This document shows, piece by piece, positions 11,273 to 20,885 of a stretch of DNA of 21,792 bases (position 1 is its first letter; each line of letters starts with the position of its first letter). A program made the translations under genes and the position numbers. Below the pieces are notes generated by a model. The model saw only the letters and a list, made by a program, of their open reading frames with translations, was not told where the DNA came from and did no database searches. This DNA comes from Octopus sinensis. Taxonomy: Eukaryota. The stretch covers positions 1 to 21,792 of the forward strand of contig NW_021825442.1 in assembly GCF_006345805.1 (NCBI RefSeq), given 5' to 3'.

Positions 11273-11873
11273 AAGGTAGCGAGCTTAGGTGAGCGATTCG
11301 TTAAGCACGCCGGACGAAATGCTTTGTGGTATTTCATCTGGCGTTACGTTTCTGAGTTCAAATTCCGCCGAGGTCGACTTTGCCTTTCATCCTTTCGGGG
11401 TCGATAAATTAAGCAACAGCGACGCACTGGGTTCGATGTTTAACTCGACTTAATCCGTTCGTCTGTCCTTGTTTGTCCCCCTCTGTTTTAGCCCTTGTGG
11501 GTAGTAAGAAATAGGTATTTCGTCTACCGTTACGTTCTGAGTTCAAATTCCGCCGAGGTTGACTTTGCCTTTCATCCTTTCGGGGGTCAATAAATTAAGC
11601 ACCAGCTACGCACTGGGTTCGATGTAATCGACTTAATCCGTTCGTCTGTCCTTGTTTGTCCCCTCTGTGTTTAGCCCCTTGTGGGTAGTAAAGAAATAGG
11701 TATTTCGTCTGCCTTTACGTTCTGAGTTCAAATTCCGCCGAGGTCGACTTTGCCTTTCATCCTTTTGGGGTTGATAAATTAAGTACCAGTTACGTACTGG
11801 GGTTGATGTAGATGTAAACGACTTAATCCCTTCCCCCAAATTTTGGGGCCTTGTGCTTCCAGCAGAAAGGATT
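11273..11873 (+). mobile_element. SINE family B trimer: one head plus three core units (tail1, tail1, tail2)
   Basis: GGTATTT unit starts at 11328, 11514 and 11699 (period 185-186). B-box-like GTTCAAATTC in each unit. The last unit ends ggccttgtgcttccagcagaaagg followed by (TTA)n. Confidence 0.9.
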
Positions 11874-11881
11874 TATTATTA

Positions 11882-11929
<48 letters not shown>

Positions 11930-11939
11930 TTATTATTAT

Positions 11940-12465
11940 CAATAGTTGTATTTTTTTAGCGTGCTTTTTCCACATTCACTACCGAGCACACAGCTCTGTG
12001 TGCCTTGGGTATGTGCTGTGATTTGTTGTGATGCGCTGATGGTTATTGTATGGAAAGTGTTCTGCGTAGGATGTGTGCAGTGCCTAGTAGTGCAATTTTC
12101 TGTATGTTATATGTGTTTGTAAGTCCTGGTATTTTTGTTATGTATTTGTCTGAATATTTTTTTATCATGCCTAATGCACCTACTATGATAGGAATTGTTT
12201 CTGTTTTTAGATTCCACATTCTGGTTACCTCTATTTCCAGGTCTTTGTATTTTGAAAGTTTCTCCATTTCTTTTAAGACACGTTGTCATCTGCCGGTATT
12301 GGTACATCAATTAGAAAGCATATTTTTCTTCATGATCTCTGACAACTATATCTGGTCTGTTAGTCTTAATTTGTCTATCTGTGTGTATCGGCATATCCCA
12401 GAGTATGGTTGCTTTCTCGTTTTCTGTGACCTTTTCTGGTGTGTGCCTATACCATCTTTTTTATC
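11940..12465 (-). mobile_element. 5'-truncated R4/Dong-clade non-LTR retrotransposon (restriction-like endonuclease C-terminus plus 3' UTR), copy 1
   Basis: WYRHTPEKVTENEKATILWDMPIHTDRQIKTNRPDIVV...FLIDVPIPADDNV...EKLSKYKDLEIEVTRMW...IPIIVGALG...QKIALLGTAHILRRTL*: the PD..D..EK..KY RLE signature of the R4 clade, with frameshifts. Flanked by (TAA)n on both sides. Confidence 0.85.
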
Positions 12466-12524
12466 ATTATTATTACTATTATTATATTATTATTATTATG
12501 TATATTATTATTATTATTATTATA

Positions 12525-12578
<54 letters not shown>

Positions 12579-12587
12579 TATTATTAT
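12466..12587. repeat. (TTA)n spacer between the Dong copies (also at 11872-11939 and 13108-13188)
   Basis: Direct reading. Confidence 0.95.
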
Positions 12588-13107
12588 CAATAGTTGTATT
12601 TTTTTAGCGTGCTTTTTCCACATTCACTACCGAGCACACAGCTCTGTGTGCCTTGGGTATGTGCTGTGATTTGTTGTGATGCGCTGATGGTTATTGTATG
12701 GAAAGTGTTCTGCGTAGGATGTGTGCAGTGCCTAGTAGTTGCAATTTTCTGTAGTTATATGTGTTTGTAAGTCCTGGTATTTTTGTTATGTATTGTCTGA
12801 ATATTTTTTTATCATGCCTAATGCACTACTATGATAGGAATTGTTTCTGTTTTTAGATTCCACATTCTGGTTACCTCTATTTCCAGGTCTTTGTATTTGG
12901 AAAGTTTCTCCATTTCTTTTAAGACACGTTGTCATCTGCCGGTTATGGTACATCAATTAGAAAGCATATTTTCTTCATGATCTCTGACAACTATATCTGG
13001 TCTGTTAGTCTTAATTTGTCTATCTGTGTGTATCGGATATCCCAGAGTATGGTTGCTTTCTCGTTTTAGTGACCTTTTCTGGTGTGTGCCTATACCATTT
13101 TTTTATC
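12588..13107 (-). mobile_element. R4/Dong fragment, copy 2 (tandem duplicate, offset 648 bp)
   Basis: Near-identical to 11940-12465 with the same 5' truncation point; differs mainly by 1-nt indels. Confidence 0.85.
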
Positions 13108-13157
13108 ATTATTATTAATTATTATTATTATATATTATTATTATATTATTATTATTA

Positions 13158-13190
<33 letters not shown>

Positions 13191-13276
13191 ATCTGTCAGT
13201 TGGGAGAATCACTAGTGCATCGAAGAAAACCCTTAGTGGAATTTATTCCAATTTTACGTTCCAAGTTTAAATGTCG

Positions 13277-13318
<42 letters not shown>

Positions 13319-13444
13319 ATATAGAAAATAGTAAAAAGTGAAAAAAACTACAGAAGGCTTGTTTTAAAAGGTTAAAAAATATATATTTGGGTCAATATGT
13401 CTGAAGAATATTATAAATTTTTTTCTTACAATGACATAGTTCAG

Positions 13445-13484
13445 AAGAAATGACCGGTTTCGCGTTTAGCTTTTCAAATTTCTT
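13445..13484 (-). ncRNA. Minimal type I hammerhead ribozyme fold (U3-A8 variant), in the sense of the PLE ORF
   Basis: AAGAAAU-UUGAAAA-GC(UAAAC)GC-GAAA-C(CG)G-UC^-AUUUCUU: 7-bp stem I, 2-bp stem II, and stem III within the palindrome ACCGGU. Confidence 0.75.
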
Positions 13485-13593
13485 ACATCGTTATGTTTAT
13501 GTTGAGAAGGGTTATCGTTATGTTTATGTTGAAAAGTGTTCTAGATAAGGGGAGGTAATGAGTGATTTCTTCCGGTGTAAGGGAGATAATCGC

Positions 13594-14113
13594 TTAAAAT
13601 TTTTTGCCTTTCCTTTGGGGTGAATTTCTCTGTATAAGTATGTTGGAATGGTTAAGTCTGGGCTTGTACTCTTCAATGAAGAATGTTTCCTTGTTTAGTC
13701 TAATTTGTGTTGATGTTCCGATAGCACATTGGTAAAATGGAAAGATTAAAAATTGTGGTAGTAGTTGCTTTGCGCATTTCTCAATGTGCTCACTAAAAGG
13801 TATCATTCTGTATTCTGGGAATGCAATCTGTTGTCGATGCAGTGTGCATCTACGTCTGAGTGATAGTCCCGTGGATCCCACGTAGTCTTGGTGGCAGCAC
13901 GAGCATTTTATGACATAAATTATGTTTTCAGAGGCACAAGTAAAATTAGATATGATCTTGAATTTCTGTCCCTCTTTGAAGAGGAATTCTGATCCTTCTA
14001 GCAGGCTTGGACATGTTGCACAGTTCGGTCTACCACATTTTTTTACTTTTGCATCCGTAATTTCAGAAAACAATTTTGCCTTTGTGAGAATCTTTTTAAG
14101 TGATTTAGGTTGT
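13594..14113 (-). pseudogene. Penelope-like GIY-YIG endonuclease domain, lacking the upstream RT
   Basis: KKCGRPNCATC (Cys-rich linker)...FTCASENIIYVIKCSCCHQDYVGSTGLSLRRRCTLH...EH...RLNKETFFIEEYKPRLN; the IIY/YVG, R, H and E residues of GIY-YIG are present. Confidence 0.9.
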
Positions 14114-14411
14114 AACAACACACCTTCCCCGAAAATACTACCTTACATATCCACATACAACCCCAGAAACAAAGAAGCCTTCACCATCATCACCCAGAAT
14201 TTACCAATACTTCATAAGGACCCCAAATTAAAGGAAATTCTAAACATACACGAAATCATTAAAAGCTACAAACAACCCCAAAGGAAAGGCAAAAAATTTT
14301 AAGCGATTATCTCCCTTACACCGGAAGAAATCACTTATTACCTCCCCTTATCTAGAACTCTTTTTAACATAAACATAACGATAACCCTTCTCAACATAAA
14401 CATAACGATGT

Positions 14412-14451
14412 AAGAAATTTGAAAAGCTAAACGCGAAACCGGTCATTTCTT
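14412..14451 (+). ncRNA. Second copy of the hammerhead fold in the inverted arm
   Basis: Identical 40-nt sequence on +; predicted cleavage after C14444. Confidence 0.75.
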
Positions 14452-14609
14452 CTAAACTATGTCATTGTAAGAAAAAAATTTATAATATTCTTCAGATATA
14501 TTGACTCAAATATATATTTTTTAACCTTTTAAAACAAGCCTTCTGTAGTTTTTTCACTTTTTACTATTTTCTATATATTCAACCACGTGCTCACCAAACC
14601 ATTTCATCT

Positions 14610-14652
<43 letters not shown>

Positions 14653-14660
14653 ATATATTA

Positions 14661-14820
14661 CACGAGGGCTTCTTCCAATTTCTCTCTACCAAATCCACCA
14701 GAGGGCCTTAGTCAGCCCGAATCTATAGTAGAAGACACTTGCCGAAGTTTCCAGGCAGTGGGAATGAACCCGCAACTATGTGGTTGTAAAGCAAGGTACT
14801 TACCACACAGCCACGTCTTG
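14661..14820 (-). mobile_element. SINE family A, 5' half, diverged
   Basis: ...tctaccaaatccacc...tagtagaagacacttgcc...tacttaccacacagccac matches 6750-6892. Confidence 0.8.
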
Positions 14821-15279
14821 GACACGTTAATTTCTTGAGTAGAAAATTCACTTGTTTAGATACTCGTCGTCACTTCTGACGGAAGAGCCACGCAGTTGTT
14901 CGCAGTGAGTTTTATCACATCTATCGCTTACAAACCTGTAATATGGTGTTTGTTCGCTGTGATATTAATACCTAGCTCTCAAGTGAATGTCACGTGATAT
15001 AGCCCTCTGCTATGTATTTCATTTCCAAAATACAAGAATGAAATGTCATCATAACTATCGTAACATAATCTTAATTTTATTTTCATTTATTTTTATTGTT
15101 TAGTTTTACGTAAATGCCCGACCGCTTACAAATAATCAACCGACTGAGCCGAAATATTCGTAACTAAGCAAGTGATCTTGTGGACGCGTTCACTTCGGTT
15201 CTAGGTTCCGAAAGCAATGACTCCAGGATAGTTTAATATTCTTAATTATTGCGCGTGCGTGTGTTCTAATCTATATATA

Positions 15280-15660
15280 TTTTTTTTATTGCCCACAAGG
15301 GGCTAAACACAAAGAGGACAAACAAGGACAGACAAATTGGTTAAGTCGATTACATCGACCCCAGTACGTAACTGGTACTTATTAAATCGACCCCGAAAGG
15401 ATGAAAGTCAAAGTCAACCTCGGCGGAATTTGAACTCAGAACATAATGGCAGACGAAATACCTATTTCTTTACTACCTACAAGGGGCTAAACACAGAGGG
15501 GACAAACAAGGACAGACAAACGGATTAAGTTGATTACATCGACCCCAGTGCGTAACTATTACTTACTTTATCGACCCCGAGAGGATGAAAGGCAAAGTCG
15601 ACCTCAGCTGAACGAAATACCGCTAGGCATTTCGCCCGGCGTGCTAACGATTCTGCCACC
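15280..15660 (-). mobile_element. SINE family B dimer (head plus two tail1 units)
   Basis: Minus strand: TGGCAGAATCG A-box-like head; unit 1 (B-box deleted) ends aagaaata|ggtatttcgtc; unit 2 ends gtgggcAATAAAaaaa. Confidence 0.9.
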
Positions 15661-15664
15661 TCTA

Positions 15665-15766
15665 TATTTTTATGTTCACTGAAATACATCGAATGGCTAT
15701 GGAGATCTAATAGAGTAAAAGAAGAATCGAAGGGGTCCGTAGGCAAAAATTGGTTGAGAACCACTG
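15665..15766. mobile_element. Solo end of a hAT/Charlie-type MITE
   Basis: ggggtccgtagg...GGTTGAGAACCACTG (reverse complement CAGTGGTTCTCAACC, a typical hAT TIR) followed by gTCTAGct, resembling the NTCTAGAN target. No partner TIR found in the window. Confidence 0.5.
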
Positions 15767-16537
15767 GTCTAGCTTATCCACGAGACCGTTTGCTGCCATT
15801 CAGTTCTGTTGAGTCATCTTCACTTTGAGTTTTGTATACATACATACATACATACATACATACATACATACATACATACATACATACATACATACATACA
15901 TACATACATACATACATGGTGGTCATCTCATCTACTCTTTATGCAGAGTCTGAGTACCTCTTGTACTTACACCTTAGATCCATCATGGCGTCTGATGTGG
16001 CTTTTTAAACTAGACAATGTTTTGAAAAGACACCCACATAGTTTGCATATCCGATTTGGGCCACCCAGAGCTGCAGTTAAGTTCTGATCTTTGTGAATCT
16101 TAAAATGTCTTTTGAGGCCTCCATTAGATTTGCAACCCGTATGGCATACACAGCATTGAAAGGTGTGCATAGACATATTAGCAGGATAGTTGATGGAGTT
16201 TCGTTTGTCATAGGTACGCAAATGGGATTTGAGCCCAGCAAAAAAGAAAGGCATGGTCTGTCACAAACAGTCCACACAAAAAGGTCATTGTGATTCATGT
16301 TCTTGATCGTAAATTCTTTTTTAAATCTCTTTTGAGTCTTGCATGTGTTATCCTAGCCTCTTCAAATGCTTCCACTCCACTCCTCACTTTTGTTCACCAT
16401 CCATCTCAATCTGAAGCAAGGGTTTCTATGTCCTCTGGATTCATTCCAAGTGACTTCATGGTAGTCCTTATGCCATCCTTAAACCTCTTTTTAGGTTTAC
16501 ACCGATTGCGTTTCTCCTCTGGAAGCTCGCCATAAAA

Positions 16538-18965
16538 CAGCTGTTTCGGTGTTTCCCTCATTTTGTACAGCTGTTTCGGTGTTTCCCTCATTTTGTACAG
16601 CTGTTTCGGTGTTTCCCTCATTTTGTACAGCTGTTTCGGTGTTTCCCTCATTTTGTACAGCTGTTTCGGTGTTTCCCTCATTTTGTACAGCTGTTTCGGT
16701 GTTTCCCTCATTTTGTACAGCTGTTTCGGTGTTTCCCTCATTTTGTACAGCTGTTTCGGTGTTTCCCTCATTTTGTAGCTGTTTCGGTGTTTCATCATTT
16801 TGTACAGCTGTTTCGGTGTTTCCCTCAATTGTACAGCTGTTTCGGTGTTTCCCTCATTTGTACAGCTGTTTCGGTGTTCCCTCATTTGTACAGCTGTTTC
16901 GGTGTTTCCTCATTTGGTACAGCTGTTTCGGTGTTTCTCATTTTGTACAGCTGTTCGGTGTTTCCCTCAATTTGTACAGCTGTTTCGGTGTTTCCCTCAT
17001 TTTGTACAGCTGTTTCGGTGTTTCCCTCATTTGTACAGCTGTTTCGGTGTTTCCCTCATTTTGTACAGCTGTTTCGGGTTTCCCTCATTTGTACAGCTGT
17101 TTCGGTGTTTCCCTCATTTTGTACAGCTGTTTCGGTGTTTCCCTCATTTTGTACAGCTGTTTCGGTGTTTCCCTCATTTTGTACAGCTGTTTCGGTGGTT
17201 CCCTCATTTTGTACAGCTGTTTCGGTGTTTCCCTCATTTTGTACAGCTGTTTCGGTGTTTCCCTCATTTTGTACAGCTGTTTCGGTGTTTCCCTCATTTT
17301 GTACAGCTGTTTCGGTGGTTCCCTCATTTTTGTACAGCTGTTTCGGTGTTTCCCATTTTGTACAGCTGTTTTGGTGTTTCCCTCATTTTGTACAGCTGTT
17401 TCGGTGTTTCCCTCATTTTGTACAGCTGTTTCGGTGTTTCCCTCATTTTGTACAGCTGTTTCGGTTTTCCCTCATTTTGTACAGCTGGTTCGGTGTTTCC
17501 TCATTTTGTACAGCTGTTTCGGTGTTTCCCTCATTTTGTACAGCTGTTTCGGTGTTTCCCTCATTTTGTACAGCTGTTTCGGTGTTTCCCTCATTTTGTA
17601 CAGCTGTTTCGGTGTTTCCCTCATTTTGTACAGCTGTTTCGGTGTTTCCCTCATTTTGTACAGCTGTTTCGGTGTTTCCCTCATTTTGTACAGCTGTTTC
17701 GGTGTTTCCCTCATTTTGTACAGCTGTTTCGGTGTTTCCCTCATTTTGTACAGCTGTTTCGGTGTTTCCCTCATTTTGTACAGCTGTTTCGGTGTTTCCC
17801 TCATTTTGTACAGCTGTTTCGGTGTTTCCCTCATTTTGTACAGCTGTTTCGGTGTTTCCCTCATTTTGTACAGCTGTTTCGGTGTTTCCCTCATTTTGTA
17901 CAGCTGTTTCGGGTTTCCATCATTTTGTACAGCTGTTTCGGTGTGTGTTTCCTCTTTGTACAGCTGTTTCGGTGTTTCCCTCATTTTGTACAGCTGTTTC
18001 GGTGTTTCCCTCATTTTGTACAGCTGTTTCGGTGTTTCCTCATTTTGTACAGCTGTTTCGGTGTTCCCTCATTTTGGTACAGCTGTTTCGGTGTTTCCCT
18101 CATTTTGTACAGAGGTTCGGTGTTTCCCTCATTGTACAGCGGTTTCGGTGTTTCCCTCATTTTGTACAGTGTTTCGGTGTTTCCCTCATTTTGTACAGCT
18201 GTTTCGGTGTTTCCCTCATTTTGTACAGCTGTTTCGGTGTTTCCCTCATTTTGTACAGCTGTTTCGGTGTTTCCCTCATTTGTACAGCTGTTTCGGTGTT
18301 TCCCTCATTTTGTACAGCTGTTTCGGTGGTTCCCTCATTTTGTACAGCTGTTTCGGTGTTTCCCTCATTTTGTACAGCTGTTTCGGTGTTTCCCTCATTT
18401 TGTACAGCTGTTTCGGTGTGTTTCCTCATTTTGTACAGCTGTTTCGGTGTTTCCCTCATTTTGTACAGCTGTTTCGGTGTTTCCCTCATTTTGTACAGCT
18501 GTTTCGGTGTTTCCCTCATTTTGTACAGCTGTTTCGGTGTTTCCTCATTTTGTACAAGCTGTTTCGGTGTTTCCCTCATTTTGTACAGCTGTCGTGTTTC
18601 CCTCATTTTGTACAGCTGTTTCGGTGTTTCCCTCATTTTGTACAGCTGTTTCGGTGTTTCCCTCATTTTGTACAGCTGTTCGGTGTTTCCCTCATTTTGT
18701 ACAGCTGTTTCGGTGTTTCCCTCATTGTACAGCTGTTTCGGTGTTTCCCTCATTTTGTACAGCGTTTCGGTGTTTCCCTCATTTTGTACAGCTGTTTCGG
18801 TGTTTCCTCATTTTGTACAGCTGTTTCGGTGTTTCCCTCATTTTGTACAGCTGTTCGGTGTTTCCCTCATTTTGTACAGCTGTTTCGGTGTTCCCTCATT
18901 TTGTACAGCTGTTTCGGTGTTCCCTCATTTTGTACAGCTGTTCGGTGTTTCCTCATTTTGTACAG
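16538..18965. repeat. ~81-copy tandem array of the 30-mer GTACAGCTGTTTCGGTGTTTCCCTCATTTT inside RTE ORF2
   Basis: About 2.43 kb at period 30; variants are mostly homopolymer indels. Explains the 730-867 aa ORFs. Confidence 0.98.
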
Positions 18966-19548
18966 AGCTTCCAGGGTAGATGGAAGAATCAACAAACTTA
19001 ACAAAAATTTTAGCGGGGTTGCAAACAGCACCATGTGCAAGTTGAAACATTACGACTGTTTTTTTTTTTTTTTTTTCAATTTGATGTTCAAGCCATCATC
19101 AAAAGCTGAGTCAAATGCAGATACAAGAGATTTCAGGCTCGTTTCAGAGTGACTGACTAGATCACAATCGTTAGGGTATAAGAGTTCCCTAATTAGTGAA
19201 GTAAAAACCTTTGTTTTGAATTTCAGTCTGGTCAGATTAAAAACATTCCCTGTTGTTCGATATTTTATGTAAATACCCTCCTCGGAGTTTTGGAAAGTGT
19301 GTGACAGCACAACAGCAAAATATATTGCAAAGAGGATGGGTCTCCTTGCTTTAATCTATTTTCCACGGCAAAATATTCAGAGAGCCTACCACCAAAATTA
19401 ATTCTAGCTTTCATATGATGCAAAGCCCTGATCTAGTTTACAATTTTTTCTAGGCAACCTAGTTTCCTTAGAATTAGCCACAGAGCATTTCAATTAACAG
19501 TATTGAAAGCTTTGCTCAAATCAACAAAGTAATAGTATAGGGCAAGAT

Positions 19549-19708
19549 GTGTTCAAATTCCGCCGAGGTCAACTTTGCCTTTCATCCTTTCGGGGTCGAT
19601 AAATTAAGCACCAGTTACGCACTGGGGTCGATGTAATCGACTTAATACCTATGTCTGTCCTTGTTTGTCCCCTCTATGTTTAGCTCCTTGTGGGTAATAA
19701 AGAAATAG
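19549..19708 (+). mobile_element. SINE B (5'-truncated, tail1) inserted into the RTE with a 14-bp target-site duplication
   Basis: GTATAGGGCAAGAT at 19535-19548 and 19709-19722 flanks gttcaaattccgccgagg...gtaataaagaaatag. Confidence 0.92.
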
Positions 19709-20885
19709 GTATAGGGCAAGATTCTGTTCAATGCACTTTTCTTGTAATTGTCTGATAGTATAGATACAATCAACTGTAAAAACCACGTTGAAACTCAGAC
19801 ACCATATTTAGAACTATAAAGGTATTTAAACGTTTTAACAGAATGCGGGCAAGTACCTTTCCAACCACAGACAAAAGCAAAATTCCACGAAAATTGCCAC
19901 ACAGATCCTATGGCCCCGATTTATACAAGGAGACTAAAATGGCATCAATCCAGTCTTGAGGTACTTTCTCAGTTCTCCAGCAGTGACAAATTACTATATT
20001 TAAGAGTTCAAACATTTTGTCACTTTCATATTTCAAGTCCTCTGCACAGATTTCATCAGATCCTGGAGACTTATTGTTATTCAGCTTATTCACAGCTATA
20101 ATAAATGTCATTTAGAGTTGGTTCAAATGCTATCTCTTCTATAACTGGAAGATGTTCGATTTTTTCATGTCAGCGGATGATGGTCTATTAAAAAATGCAA
20201 AAAAAAAAATGATCTACCCAGCGCTTATGAATAGAAGCGATGTCAGTCAAAAGCAAATGTTCATCTGCTGTTCTCAGTGGAGCTATTGAAGAAGATTTGG
20301 GGCCATATACCTCCTTAACATAAGAGTACAAACCCTTGGCAACATTTCTATCAGCTGCTTCTTGTGCCCCTTTTGCTCTATCATTCCACTACTCCTGTTT
20401 AATCTTCCTGAGAGTAATCTGCACTTTCCTTTTCAGCTTTCTGTAAGCTTCATTTGAGTTGGGGTTCAAAGATTAAGAAAGAAGTGTATGGCCTAAGTTT
20501 TGTTTTTCTAAAAGTAGATCATGAATTTCTGCTGATTTGTCTGTGAACCAATCACTGGGCCTACGCGATTTAAAATTCATCGACGAGCTTGCAGCCTGAA
20601 ATACTTTTGTTTTGAAATTTTCCCATAGATTGCTTGGGTCAACATTGATACTTTCTATAGCATCGTGGAATCTTTGCAAATTGCTTGGTAATTTGAAGTT
20701 TGCAGCATTTAACTTTTGGTTTCTCTTGGAGCAGACTGTTGACTTATAGGCTTTATCAAAAACTTTACTTTTCCACTGCACTAGACGATTGTAAGTCCAG
20801 TTCTCTGCTCTTCAAATGGCTCGAACGCTAGAAACATCTTACATATCACGCTTTCTGATCAAAATATAATCTGTGAGATACCAGT

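Larger units (their letters stand above)
13317..14578 (-). mobile_element. Rearranged Penelope-like element (probably Neptune-type) with inverted ~305-bp pseudo-LTRs
   Basis: Arms 13317-13621 and 14275-14578 are reverse complements (about 6 substitutions and 1 indel by eye). The interior holds a GIY-YIG remnant on minus and the RT-EN linker on plus. No RT core is present. Confidence 0.9.
15837..20880 (-). mobile_element. Dead, 5'-truncated RTE-clade LINE
   Basis: In order on minus: APE C-terminus (TDYILIRKRD...RAENWTYNRLV), linker (LWENFK...DWF), RT (NKSPGSDEI...VPQDWIDAILVSLYK; GIYIKYRTTGNVFNLTRL...IRELLYPNDC, a decayed YADD; FVDSSIYPGS), PKQLFYGEL...PKKRFKD, two C2H2 fingers, stop at 15967, and an (ATGT)n tail at 15837-15917. 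Multiple stops and frameshifts. Confidence 0.92.

Noticed and set aside
12050-12607. 185-aa hydrophobic plus-strand ORF
   Set aside because: Antisense shadow of the R4/Dong endonuclease plus (TTA)n.
16538-18965. CRISPR-like appearance of a 30-bp repeat with an internal palindrome
   Set aside because: Units are directly adjacent with no unique spacers, there are no cas genes, and the context is eukaryotic.
16538-18965. The minus-strand unit resembles a hammerhead half (AUGA-GG-gaaaca-CC-GAAAC-agcu-GUA)
   Set aside because: C3-U4-G5 are replaced by AAA and no stem I can form. The sequence is fully explained by RTE coding flanks, so this is treated as coincidence.
16549-19152. Very long ORFs (867, 730 and 733 aa on plus; MRETPKQLYK repeats on minus)
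   Set aside because: These are translations of a stop-free 30-bp tandem unit, antisense to or inside a dead RTE. Frame switches follow homopolymer indels. There is no evidence of a real repetitive protein.
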